NCBI RefSeq assembly: GCF_006345805.1
Contig: NC_043000.1
Span: forward strand, 75,268,001 to 75,332,000
Source of the DNA: Octopus sinensis
Lineage: Eukaryota
Reading direction: 5' to 3'
DNA: 64,000 bases
Positions 11,280 to 23,440 of this stretch are shown in pieces. Numbering within the stretch: position 1 is the first letter of the stretch; each line of letters starts with the position of its first letter. The notes below the pieces were generated by a model. The model saw only the letters and a program-made list of their open reading frames with translations, did no database searches and was not told where the DNA came from. The translations under genes and the position numbers were made by a program.

Positions 11280-12925
11280 TGTGTGATTGTAATAATTATA
11301 ACAAAACAGAATATGGATGGTAAATCAAATTAATACACTTAGCAATGTTATCTAGTGGTTGTCTTTTGAGATGTGACATAGATCATCGTTTGTTACTGAA
11401 AGAACACTGGTTCATGCATATAAACGTTCACATACTTCTCTCATACATGCACACACATACACACACACAGAGTTGAAATGCTGTTTGATTTTTCGGCTAT
11501 TTTTCGATATACATAGCACAAATGCTATTGTGCAAAACATGTTTTTGTACAGCGTCTGGTAATTTCCGTATAATTTTTTTTATTTATTTCTTTTTGTGGG
11601 TGGAAATGTACATTTCTTTTGATCTCACTATAAGGTGAAAGGGAGAGAAATTTGACAGGGACGTGTATATATGTTGATGGGGAGTGCGAGACAGAAAATG
11701 TGTGTTGTGTGTGTATGTGAGAGTTGTTTATGGTCGAAGGTAAAGAATGCACACAACTGGTGGTAAGGGTTAAGGTTAGGGTTACTCCGATAACGGGTGA
11801 TGTGTGTATTCTTCACCTCTACTGTGTTTATGTGCATGTATGTATATTTGTGTATGTGTATTTCTTTCTTTTTCTTTTCAGCTGAATCGTTTATGTATTT
11901 GTTGTGTATATATATATGTATGTGCTTTTGTGTATGTATGTGTATACACACACATATATTTGTGTATATACAGTACTTACATACACAAATATACAAATAT
12001 ATACACATAATACATACACAAAAAATACATAAAAATAGTGATTCAGTTGGAAAAAATTTAATAAAAATTAATTACTGAAATTACCGAAGAAATACTTCCA
12101 CTTCTTATGTGTGGCTATCTTTTCATTTAATCAGAGAGAGAGAGAAGAAAAGGGGGTCTTTTTTGTTGCTGTTACAGATTTAAAAATTTTTAAATCAAGT
12201 GAAATTTTTCAAATTTTATACATTGATTTAGAAAAGTGTTACAAAAGTTTAAAGTTTGATTATTTTTACTCAATCAGAAAGCAAAATTTTGAAGCTAGCA
12301 TTTCCTGTGTGATAGCTATCTAAACACAAAATGAAAACAAAAGCATTACAACAACAAATTTTTATTAGACAAAATTAAAACAACACATTACATAAGTTGT
12401 GAGAACTTTTGAAATGTTAATAAGTTTTAAAGTATGAAGTTATGTGAAATGGTCAAAAAGGCATGTAAATAATTTGAAAAGGAAAAAAGAATCTTCAACG
12501 AAATTTTTTTGTAAAAAAACAAAATCATCAGCATATACACTCTGTCAAATTCCTCTGTTTCACTTTATTGTGAGATCAAAGGAAATGTACATTTCCACCC
12601 ACAAAAAGGAATAAATAAAAAAATTTTATGGAAATTACCAAACGCTACACAATTTGTTTTGCACAATGACATTTGTATTATGTATATTGAAAGATAGCCG
12701 AAAAATCAAACAGCATTTCAACACTGTGTAAGTATATGTGTGTATGTGTGTGCATGTACGAGGGAAGTATGTGAACATTTATATGTATGAACCAGAGTTC
12801 TTTCAGTAACAAACAATGATCAATGTCACATCTCAAAAGACAACCACTAGATAATATTGATAAGTGTATTAATTTGATTTACCGTCTGTATTGTTTTGTT
12901 AAAAATAATTATTACAATCACACAC
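11280..12925. repeat. Inverted repeat, ~380-bp arms, ~880-bp spacer
   Basis: 11280-11660 is complementary to 12540-12925. The outer part also occurs in direct orientation at 8660-8850. Confidence 0.85.
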
Positions 12926-14251
12926 AACTGCAGTTGAAAGGTAGGATCTTTACCTTTTGACCAGCAGATTTAGAAAATAATTTTTTGTAATTAAACACTT
13001 TCAAACTTCATATACTGGTAGAATGTGTCATATAAAACATCTTTTACTCTTAGAATTTTTGAGAAAAGTTTATATTTACGGAGTTATTTCATGTTAAAGT
13101 TGTCGTATTTCGGTAATTTCAACCAATCAATAACGTGTATTCAGCTGAATAAAATTACTGCTGTTGTTTGTCAACAACAACTTCCGGCAGTGTATATTTC
13201 ATTTGTCACTGTTCACTACCGTCCCCAACCAAAATCTTCGCCAATCACTAATCTGCTTGTTCTTTTCTCCACGAAATCCTTTAATTTTTTAAAACGCCCC
13301 GGTATGAAGATAATTCGTTCATTTACCGTCCCCAATCAAATTCTTTGCCATTACTGTTCTCAATCAAAACTTCCGTCTTTCCAACTCACTTCCGGTCAAC
13401 CTATTTAAATATCACCTCGTGCTCCTCTTCTACTCACTCTTTCTTGACCACAGCGATGTCCAAAGCAAGCTAAGAATTCTCATTTCATTTCTTCCGATCC
13501 TTGTACTACATACATACATTTGCCGCTAACGCTTAAATGTTCGAATCTATTCACTAATCTGCTTGTTCTTTTCTTTCATGAGCTAACTATTGATATGGTT
13601 CCCCACAAAATATAATCCTTTAATTTTTAACCCCCCCTCCTCCCGTATGAAGTTAATTCGTTCGTTACTCTATGTTACTTTCTTCAAACCCCGATTGCTG
13701 AATTCTTCTCACTACCGTCCCCAACCAAAATCTTCGTCATTCGCGGTGCGCCCTCCCTTTCCCACCCCCACCACCTGTACCGGAGAACACTCTGTTTACA
13801 CCATCTTCACCGGATATCCCCTCTACCACCACCATTACGTGTGTCTATTCCTCCTACCCCTCCTCCTCAATATGCTTTCTCACTATGTATTACCCCTGCC
13901 TCTCTCCCCCAAGACAGAAGCAGCTAGAAGCACTTAACCCGTTATCTTATGTCCCTCCTGTTTTGAAATCTGCCACTGCCTCAACTGGCTATCTCCTTCC
14001 AGTCCCCTCCCCCACTCGTGATATCCTACGTTTTATTTCCTACGTTTCATTCTGTCTAGAACCTGCCACCAACCCTACCTGTCATCGTTTCTCCTTACCC
14101 CAAACCTCCCCACTGGTGCTCCTCTATATTACCTGCACACCCTCCACTTTCTCTCCCTCTCTTCTCTCTGCTGGAACCCTTCCCCGCCGCAATGCAACCA
14201 AAAAAAAATTTTTTTTCTTAGCTGGAACCCCCCCCCCCAACCCAACACTAG

Positions 14252-17200
14252 AATATCCATGTTTCTGCTACGCTGCTTAAACTATATTTAGGCGCTGAAT
14301 TGCTCCCCTCCCCCCACATTTCCTTCCCAGTTTTCAGAGTTGGCACTGTCAATGTTGGTACATTGAAAGGTAGGTCTAGTGAGATTGTAGAGATGCTTGA
14401 GAGAAGACCGGTTGATGTATGCTGCATACAAGAGGTAAGATGGAGAGGTGCTTCAGCTAGGGTCCTCACAGGCAAGGCACATAGGTATAAAGTCTTCTGG
14501 CAAGGTAACATGGATGGTGTAGGGGATGTAGGCATTCTCCTTGCGGAGAAATGGGTGGATAAGGTCATAGAGGTTGTCAGGGTTTGCGATAGAGTGCTTA
14601 AGCTCAGCTTAGTCCTACAGAGTGGCACAGCTACGATTATCTCCGCCTATGCCCCACAAGCGGGACTACCAAATGATCAGAAGGACCAATTTTATGATAC
14701 TCTTCTACAGGCTACCTCAAAGACTAGTGGCAAGGACCTCATCTTTGTGGGTGGAGACTTTAATGGTCATGTTGGGCGGAAATCGGGTATCTTCACTGGG
14801 GTACACGGTGGCCATGGTATTGGCACCAGAAATGATGAGGGAACCAAATTACTGGAATTCTGTGATGCATGTAACCTTGTAATCTGCAACACTAACTTCA
14901 GGAAGCCTGTCTGCCACCTTATAACCTATCAGTCAGGAGACTCCGCTAGCCAAATAGACTTCATCCTCACCAGACAGCGGGATGCAGGGTCGCTCTTAAA
15001 TACAAAGACCCTCCCGGGTGAAGAATGTATCCCTCAGCATAGGCTAATCATCAGTGACTTTAAGCTTGAGGCCAGAAGGACTCCAAGAAACAAACCAATC
15101 CAGAAAAGAAGGATTTGGAAGCTAAAGAACCCTTCACATGGTCAGAGATTTAGGGACATCCTCATCAAGAAATTTGATGAGAGGGAGGAGGATCTTCAGA
15201 CGTCGGACATAGAAGATAGCTGGGAATTCCTACGGGACAGCTTGCTGAGTGCCACAGACCAAGTCTGTGGATGGTGCAAAGTCCCTTCCAGACCTAGAGT
15301 TACGTGGTGGTGGAATAGTGCAGTAGACAAAGCCATTAGTGCAAAGAGACAGGCCTTAAAAGCTTGGAGGGATGGGGGCAGCAGGGAACTGTACCAGGTT
15401 GCCAAAAGGGAGGCTGGGCGGCAGGTATACATAGCCAAAGATGTAGCAGAAAAGAAGAAGTTTGCCAATGTCCAGCGACGTGAGGACCAAAGAGCTGAGG
15501 TATTTCGGATTGCCAGACAGTGTAGGAGAGAAAATAGTGATGTTACAGGAGAGAAATGTGTCCGCATGGATGATGGGGCACTTGCTTTTACTGTTAGTGA
15601 AAAGAAAGAGGCTTGGAGAAGCCATTATGAAAGACTGCTGAATGAGGAGAATGAATGGGTGGAGGAGAGCCTGCCAAATGTTGACCCAGTAGAGGGACCA
15701 GCTATCCGAATAGACAGCTCCCTTGTAGTTAAGGCAATTAAGGATATGAAAACAGGTAAAGCCCCCGGCCCATCAGGAATCACTGCTGGGATGCTTAAAA
15801 CAGCTGGCTATGTGGGCTATGGCCTAGTCACCCGCATTGTTAACCAGGTAGTTCATAATGGAGTCATACCCAATGACTGGCATAGCAGCACCATAGTCAA
15901 CTGCTACAAGGGTAAGGGTGATGCTCTAGATAGAAATAACTACAGGGGTATTAAACTGTTGGATCAGGTGATGAAGGTCACAGAAAGGGTCATAACCCAT
16001 CTCATTAGGGAGAGAATTTGCTTAGATGAGATACAGTTCAGTTTTGTGCCGGGTAGAAGCACCACCGATGCTATATTCCTGGTCCGAAAACTGCAGGAGA
16101 AGTACCTAGCTAAAGATAAACCCCTCTACATAGCTTTTGTGGACTTGGAGAAAGCCTTTGACAGGGTTCCCCGATCCCTTATCTGGTGGTCGATGTGGAA
16201 ACTGGAGATTGACGAATGGCTAATAAGGGCTGTACAGGCTCTATACAGAGAGGCTGTCAACAAGGTTAGGATTGGCAACAAATATATTGAAGAATTCTGG
16301 GTAGAAGTAGGTGTACACATAGGCTCAGCCCTCAGTCCCCTTTTATTCATCATAGTCCTCCAGGCAATAACAGAGGAATTCAAAACAGGATGCCCCTGGG
16401 AGCTCCTCTATGCTGATGACCTGGCTCTCATAGCAGAATCACTACCGGAACTAGAAAAGAAATCTCGGGTGTGGAAGCAAGGGTTAGAATCAAAGGGCCT
16501 TAGAGTAAATGTAGCAAAGACCAAAGTTATAGTAAGCAGAAAGGCGAATTCAGCACACACACCCTCGGGCAGGTGGCCCTGCTCAATCTGTAGGAAAGGT
16601 GTAGGTAGAAACTCCATAAGATGTACCCAATGTAAGCTATGGACGCATAAGAGGTGCAGCAACATCAAAGGGAAATTAACTGATAAGATAGATTACATGT
16701 GCGGCAGATGCACAGGGACAATAGACACCACAGACACTCAGAAAACAGATTCCATCACACTCCAGGGGGAGAAACTAGAAGTAGTTGATAGTTTCCGCTA
16801 CCTGGGTGACCAAGTTAGTAGTGGAGGTGGATGCTCAGAGAGTATCACCACTAGAATACGAATAGCCTGGGCAAAGTTCAGAAAGCTCCTACCCCTACTG
16901 GCGACAAAGGGTCTCTCGCTCAGAGTGAAAGGTAGATTGTATGATGTATGTGTGCAAACTGCCATGCTTCACGGTAGTGAAACATGGGCTGTGACTGCAG
17001 AAGACATGCATAGACTTGAAAGAAATGAAGCTAGTATGATCCGCTGGATGTGTAATGTCAGTGTGCACGCACGACAGTGTAAGTACCCTGAGAGAAATGC
17101 TGGACATAAGAAGCATCAGATGTGGTGTGCAAGAGCGACGTTTGCGATGGTATGGTCATGTGCTGCGGATGGATGAGGAGAGATGTGTGAAGAAGTGCCA

Positions 17201-17385
17201 CTCCCAAACAGTTGAAGGTATCAGGGGGAGAGGTAGACCCAGGAAGACATGGGATGAGGTAGTCAAGCATGACCTCAGATCAGACTGGAGCCTGGTGCAG
17301 CCCCTGGCTTCCCAGACCCCGGTCGAACCGTCCAACCCGTGCTAGCGCGGAAAAAAAAGGACGTTAAACGATGATGATGATGATT
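14252..17385 (+). mobile_element. RTE-clade LINE, near-intact ORF2 with shortened 3' UTR
   Basis: APE endonuclease (TVNVGTL, CIQEVR, GDFNGHVG, SQIDF), RT (YRGIKLL, AFVDLEKAFD, LSPLLF, YADD), (GAT)n tail at 17368-17385. Likely 5' region with internal repeats at 13000-14250. Confidence 0.95.
14300..17176 (+). CDS. RTE ORF2: APE endonuclease + reverse transcriptase + Cys/His-rich finger
   Basis: 958-aa ORF containing PCSIC...CTQC...HKRC...CGRC. A frameshift near 17080 moves the true C-terminus (VQERRLRWYGHV) into ORF 17055..17345. Confidence 0.9.
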   Translation: MLPSPHISFPVFRVGTVNVGTLKGRSSEIVEMLERRPVDVCCIQEVRWRGASARVLTGKAHRYKVFWQGNMDGVGDVGILLAEKWVDKVIEVVRVCDRVLKLSLVLQSGTATIISAYAPQAGLPNDQKDQFYDTLLQATSKTSGKDLIFVGGDFNGHVGRKSGIFTGVHGGHGIGTRNDEGTKLLEFCDACNLVICNTNFRKPVCHLITYQSGDSASQIDFILTRQRDAGSLLNTKTLPGEECIPQHRLIISDFKLEARRTPRNKPIQKRRIWKLKNPSHGQRFRDILIKKFDEREEDLQTSDIEDSWEFLRDSLLSATDQVCGWCKVPSRPRVTWWWNSAVDKAISAKRQALKAWRDGGSRELYQVAKREAGRQVYIAKDVAEKKKFANVQRREDQRAEVFRIARQCRRENSDVTGEKCVRMDDGALAFTVSEKKEAWRSHYERLLNEENEWVEESLPNVDPVEGPAIRIDSSLVVKAIKDMKTGKAPGPSGITAGMLKTAGYVGYGLVTRIVNQVVHNGVIPNDWHSSTIVNCYKGKGDALDRNNYRGIKLLDQVMKVTERVITHLIRERICLDEIQFSFVPGRSTTDAIFLVRKLQEKYLAKDKPLYIAFVDLEKAFDRVPRSLIWWSMWKLEIDEWLIRAVQALYREAVNKVRIGNKYIEEFWVEVGVHIGSALSPLLFIIVLQAITEEFKTGCPWELLYADDLALIAESLPELEKKSRVWKQGLESKGLRVNVAKTKVIVSRKANSAHTPSGRWPCSICRKGVGRNSIRCTQCKLWTHKRCSNIKGKLTDKIDYMCGRCTGTIDTTDTQKTDSITLQGEKLEVVDSFRYLGDQVSSGGGCSESITTRIRIAWAKFRKLLPLLATKGLSLRVKGRLYDVCVQTAMLHGSETWAVTAEDMHRLERNEASMIRWMCNVSVHARQCKYPERNAGHKKHQMWCARATFAMVWSCAADG

Positions 17386-17519
17386 TCATTTCAGTTACGT
17401 TTGTATGAATAAATGAGTGTGTCTGAAGCATGTTTACTTCATGTTACCTCCATAATCATTTATACTGCTTTTCGTTTTTCTTTTCCTGTTTTTCAGCTAC
17501 TATTTTCAGAAAGACTTTT

Positions 17520-18660
17520 GCCCCCACCCCTCCAATTTCTTCATTTTTCATTTTTTTCTGTAAGGCCTAATGTTCGAAGGTCGTGCTTCACCACCTCATC
17601 CCAGGTTTTCCTGGGTCTACCTCTTCCACAGGTTCCCTCAGCCACTAGGGTGTGGCACTTTTTCACACAACTATCCTTATCCATTCTCGCCACATGACCA
17701 TACCAGCGCAATCGTCTCTCTTGCATACCACAATTGATGCTTTTTAGGTCCAACTTTTCTCTCAAGGTACTTACACTCTGTCGAGTATGTACACTGACAT
17801 TACACATCCATCGGAGCATGCTGGCTTCATTCCTTGCGAGCTTACATATGTCCTCAGCAGTCATGGCCCATGTTTCACTGTCACGTAGCATAGCTGTTCA
17901 TACACATGTGTCATACAGCCTTTTGCTCTGAGTGAGAGGCCCTTTGTTACCAGCAGAGGTAAGAGCTCTGTGAACTTTGCCCAGGCTATTCTTATTCTAG
18001 CAGTTACACTTTCAGTGCATCCTCCGCCGCTACTGACTTGGTCACCTAGGTAGCGGAAGCTATCAACTACTTCTAGTTTTTCTCCCAGGAATGTGGCAGA
18101 AGTTGTTCTCTGCACATTTTCAGTGTTTATTGCTCCTGAGCATCTGCCACATACAAAAACTATCTTCCTAGTTAGCCTTTTATATGTCCATAGCTTACAC
18201 TGGGTACATCTTATAGAGTTTCTACCTATGCCTTTTCTACAGATCGAGCAGAGCCATCTACCTGAAGGGGTTTGTCTACCTTCCTACTTATTAGGACTTT
18301 GGTTTTAGCTAGGTTGACTCTAAGGCCCTTTGATTCTAATCCTTGCTTCCACACCTGAAACTTCTCCTCTAGTTCTGATAGTGACTCAGCAATTAGAGCA
18401 AGGTCATCAGCATAGAGGAGCTCCCAAGGACATCCTGCCTTGAATTCCTCCGTAATTGCCTGGAGGACTATGATAAATAGGAGGGGGCTGAGGACTGAAC
18501 CTTGGTGGACCCCTACCTCTACCCGGAATTGTTCACTGTACTCGTTGCCAACCCTCACCTTACTGATGGCATCCCTGTACATGGCTTGCACAGCTCTCAC
18601 TAACCATTCATCTATCCCTAGTTTCCTCATTGACCACCAGATAAGGGATACAAGGTACGT
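17520..18660 (-). mobile_element. 5'-truncated RTE LINE fragment, tail-to-tail with the 14.3-kb copy
   Basis: ORFs 18226..18708, 17861..18115 and 17541..17891 give frameshifted RT/C-terminal peptides (GSVLSPLLF, LLYADD, RRLRWYGHV). Confidence 0.93.
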
Positions 18661-19174
18661 TTGTATACATTTATCTGTGTGTGTGTATGTATGTGTGCAT
18701 ATAGCCACACATGTATAAATATATGTGTGTATGCATAGATAGCTAGACAGATGGACAAATAGATAAATGTATACAAACGTACGTACAAAAACATAGACCT
18801 ATTTATATAATATATAGGATCTTTTCTGTTTGGCTGCCAATTTTCAGTTTCTTCAATTTCTATTTAAATTGATTTCATATTCAGTATAATGATATGCTTT
18901 TATACGTTAATCAATACCAACAAAATAATTTTCGCCATAAATCAATAAGTAAAGAGTTATTAGCTACTAGCTGGCCCTGTGCCATCAAAAATGACAGCTA
19001 ATTGTAGTATTTTATATATAAAATGGGTAGAAAAGGTGAATAAAAAACCAAGCAGTGCTTCAACTCTGTGTGTGTGTGTGTATATGTATACATTTATATG
19101 TATGAACAGCACACTCTGTAGCTAAAGCGGTTTTCTATGCTATGTTACAGCCCGCTTCCTTCCCTTTTAAGTAT

Positions 19175-19212
<38 letters not shown>

Positions 19213-19864
19213 AAAATGTACATGTGTCTGTAATTCTATTTTCTATGTATCTTTCTAAATAAACATACACAAACACATATACACTCACTCAAATATATAA
19301 ATATATTTTACACATACATTTACACACACACAAACATTTACATTCATCTCTTTTACACACACACATACTCACACAGAGTTGAAGTGCTGTTTGATTTTTA
19401 TTTCACTGTTGACTTTTCACCATAACACTTCCATTCGTGGATCATCCATTCCTTTCTCATTTATATGTTGTGACGAAGAAATACACAAGAGTATTAATAT
19501 AGTAGAGGATACATGGCGCTCTTTGCAACTCCTTTCTCTCACTCCCTCTCAATCATGGCTATTACTCTCACTACTACTCCTTCACTGAATTACTATTTTC
19601 TCTCCTCTCCCTTCACCCCTACTACATGATTTTGGACAAATATATATATATATTAAACTCATATTTTGAGATTAAAGTTTGAAAATTTGGGGTAATTTTA
19701 GCTATTTGTAAACCACAGATACATTCATGCCTGTTTCCTTAGTAACAAGCCAAACATGAGATCTCTTTTGTCTGCAAGAAAGCACATGCTGACTAATATG
19801 TTTCAGTCATTGAGGTGGTTGTCATGTGCTAAAAATAGGAGCCAAATAGGCCTTAAATCACGCA

Positions 19865-20220
19865 CCAGAGGAGGATGTGGTTTCGTACTTGCAAGAAAAG
19901 AAAATTATGCAAATTTTATGAATACAAGAAAGCATGGTGGGAATATGTATTGGCAATACTTGCGCCAAGGATGCATGGAGTCTGTCAGTGAGGAAAGACA
20001 CAAGGTTTGAAGGTGGCACGCTTCCTCTTAGGACTATAGTGCTTTTCCTTTACTCATGGGTTAAGGAATGACTTCAGTCCGGTTTTGTGTTGAAGAACTA
20101 GGGATGAGCCATTGCACAGCTGTTGATTGTAACAACTAAGTTAGGGAAGTACGTGTGGAGGACCTGATCTGTTTTCCAGGTAAGGTTGGTGGTCCTGGGA
20201 AGATTGTTGATATTTGGATT
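19865..20220 (+). pseudogene. Merlin (IS1016/ISXO2-like) DNA transposase remnant
   Basis: Hand translation across a frameshift and stops gives SVRKDTRFEGGTLPLRTIVLFLYSW...ELGMSHCTAVDCNN*VREV...GKVGGPGKIVDI, matching the known TxVDW...REV...IGGPGxIVEIDES pattern. Confidence 0.7.
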
Positions 20221-21190
20221 TAATAATATTCAATGCTATGTACTATTTTGTTTTTGGATAATTCTTTTAAGTTTTTGCTATAAGTTTCTTATTTTGAGAA
20301 ATTTCATTTGTATTCTGCTGTCTATCACATTAAATGCATATTGAATGCTTAAAACTACAAAATAAATGTTGTTTACTTGTTTATTTTTGTCATTGAGGTG
20401 GTTGTGATGTGTACTAAAAATAACAGCTAAATAGGCTTTAAATCCCCCCCCCCCCCCACATTATTTTTTTATTGGCATAATTGTATGAATTTCCATGTGT
20501 GGAATACAAATTTGCAAAAAATTTTTGAAAATTCAAAAAAATAAAGAAAGTTACGAGAGGTTATATATTGTGTGTAATTCATTTGTGTATGGTTTCATAT
20601 AAAAACACAAGTGTTATTTTCAGGATGTTGACAAAATGTGCAGCCACACACAAAATTACAGCTTCCAAATCTTATTTCCTGAGCAGATGAAAATGATCAA
20701 ACTTTAAACCTATAACTTAAAAAAAAAATTTCTGGTAAAAGTAAAATAACTCCAGCAATTCAGCTTGGAAAACTACATTAACTCATAAAGTGCTGGGATT
20801 TGCACTTAAATAGCATGGACTGCTGAGCACATTTTATGAAAATGAGATTACCATGCACACATAAAAAACAAAAAAATAGTTAAAATATCTTCTTATAAAA
20901 TATCTAAAGGTGGCAAGTTTTACATCATCTGAAAATTCATTAGTTGAACTGTCCTCTTGCATTCAGGGGGTATTGGAGCATTTGAGTGACATTAGACCCC
21001 CAACAAACGCTCATAAACTAAATGAATCTATTTCGGCCACAATCATGGCGATTTGTGCTTTATATGTTAATGTACGAAATTTTCAAATAACTTTGATTTT
21101 TGAAATCTTAGCCACACAGAAAAGATAATATACACGCACACACACACACATATATAAATGTATACAATCATACATACAAAAACACACATT

Positions 21191-21222
<32 letters not shown>

Positions 21223-21300
21223 ATAATAATATTAGGGAGTAAATCCAAACTTAAGGGAAAAATTAGATTTAGGATTAAATCTAATTTTACAGTATAAATA

Positions 21301-21518
21301 TATATATATATTAAATTAGAGATAAAACCACTATTGGGCAAATCAAACAGTGAAAAGCATAAACCAAAACATAGAAATAAATTTAATTTAAATTTTGAAT
21401 ATTATATTTTATATATTTTGTATATTATATTAATTAAATTTATTTCTATGTTTTGGTTTATGCTTTTCACTGTTTGATTTGCCTAATAGTGGTTTTATCT
21501 CCAATTTAATATATATAT
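21301..21518. repeat. Fold-back element C: ~88-bp inverted arms, AT-rich spacer
   Basis: 21301-21388 is complementary to 21432-21518. Confidence 0.9.
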
Positions 21519-21982
21519 TTATATATATATATATACTAGCTGGTGTACCCCACTAATTCTCGAGGGTAAAGATATTCTATTGAAACACCTTATTACTCTG
21601 ATATAAGAAAGCAATTGCGTTATAACTGTTACAAAAAGTGTATTTTCCGTTACGAAAAAGTACAAAAAACTGTCAGCTGGAGGAGGGAGAGATTGTTGGT
21701 GGTTGGCAAGAAAGTACTCAGACACATGGCATTTTAAAGGTGAACTTTATGAAGGCTAATTATTAAAGGTGATATATAAATGTAGTATATATGTATATAA
21801 ATATATGAATGAAGTGTTTAATGTTTAAGAATGAAATGAAGAAAGTGCAATAATAACATTCACACTCACTGATGGTTGCTCTCAGTAACTGCCTTTAGCT
21901 TATGAAGTTCTTGTTCTTATAACTATGGAAAAGCAGCCAGAAGGATAGACATATTGTTGAGAACAAATGATTTTGTTGAAAG

Positions 21983-22171
21983 ACTGTTATCTCCATTCCA
22001 GCCCCTGGTGGCCTAGAAGAGGTAAGAAGGGTCAAGTGATAAAGACATTATTCTGCTTAGCGAAGGCATCTGAATAACTGCTGTCATTCATAGAAAACCT
22101 ATTGTTTTACCATGAGAAAAATGTTGTTGAAGTGTTAAGTGAAATTTGGCAATCGAAGATTGAATCCAAGG
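21983..22171 (+). CDS. Two candidate host-gene exons (21983-22021, 22094-22171), product unknown
   Basis: AG/GTAAGA and TAG/GTATGC boundaries around a 72-nt intron. The spliced frame is open: TVISIPAPGGLEEKTYCFYHEKNVVEVLSEIWQSKIESK. The first acceptor is weak. Confidence 0.35.
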
Positions 22172-22239
22172 TATGCCTGCATGAAGCCACTACAAATACG
22201 TTGTGGAATAAAACAAATTACCTACTATCATGGAAAAAG

Positions 22240-23440
22240 TGTAACTGTAAAAATGCAGAAATATCAGAGTAATGGGTGTTCAAAAAAGTATGTATGTATA
22301 GAAATATATGAATGAAGTCTTTAAGGTTTAAGATTCAAATCAAGGAAGTGCCATAATAATGTTTAGCAGTTCAAAACTGAGTAGAGAAATGCAGAATTAG
22401 GTCAACTGATTGTGAGAATCAAATATTGATCACTTCTCTAAAAACTGCAAGTAGTATGGGTTATTTCCTTTGGGTTGTTTAAATAAAATATTAGTAATAT
22501 GTAGGAGATAGAAGGATCCATTGGAGGGGCCCTGTTATTGAATTTTTTCAACAATCTATGTCACAAGGTTTCCAGACATGAGTTCTACTCACATGTCAAA
22601 CTATAAAAGTGATATTGTCTGCAAAAATTAGAAATTGGACACACAAAAAATCAATATTCAAAGTGATCAAACATAAACAATGAAACTTGTAAAATATTTC
22701 TAAATTTGATGGCTCAATTAGTTTCATGAAAATGTTGTATGAACTGTAGATAAGCAATAAACATGATTTGTAAAATAAGTATGAGTAATACAGAGTGTCC
22801 CAACTGAATGTGGTGTGGAAGTTTGGTTTCATTATTTAAAAATTTTAAGCATTCATAGTATGAGTTCATTGTATTGGGACACACTTAATACATTCTGGAA
22901 TCAAAAATTTATGCACTGTCATCGAAAAATTTTAACTGGAAAAATGCAGAATTATCAGAGTTATGTGCATTGAAAGTGTACATGCATCAAGAAAGTGCAA
23001 TAATAAGGTTTAGCAGTTGAAAACTGAGTAGTGAAATGCAGAATTAGGTCCGCTGAATCTAGAATAAAAAATTTATGTACTGTCATCGGAAACGTTTAAC
23101 TGGAAAAATGCAGAATTATCAGACTTAAGGTTATTGAAAGTGAACATGCATCAAGAAAGTGCAATAATAAGGTTTAGCAGTTGAAAACCCTGAGTAGTGA
23201 AATGCAGAATTAGGTCCGCTGATTGTGAGAGTCAAATATTGATCGCTTCACTAAAAACTAACAACTGTAAGTGCAAGTGATATGGGTTATTTCCCTTGAG
23301 TGTTTAAAAGCAAATTGTGCAGGTGCTATAGGTTATTTCCTTTGGGTGTTTAAAAAAAATAGTTATATATAAAGATCCCTTCCAGGGGCCATATTATCGA
23401 TTTTTTTCAACAATCTAAGTATGTCACAGGGTTTCTAGAC
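22240..23440. repeat. Degenerate tandem duplications (~165-bp core, 3 copies)
   Basis: AAAAATGCAGAA...GAAAGTGCAATAATAAGGTTTAGCAGTTGAAAACTGAGTAG recurs at about 22250, 22940 and 23105. Confidence 0.8.

Noticed and set aside
15196-16668. Antisense ORFs over the LINE RTs (also 32512-35361, 43381-43689, 55468-56049)
   Set aside because: They are shadow frames of coding repeats with no independent domain signal.
20910-21128. 72-aa ORF as a further host exon
   Set aside because: The splice sites are weak, there is no recognisable motif, and the sequence gives no way to link its phase to the other exons.
22791-22886. Possible 96-bp Tc1/pogo-type MITE (CAGAGTGTCCCAA...TTGGGACACACTT)
   Set aside because: The TIR is only 13 bp and imperfect, with no second copy in the window; too weak to call.
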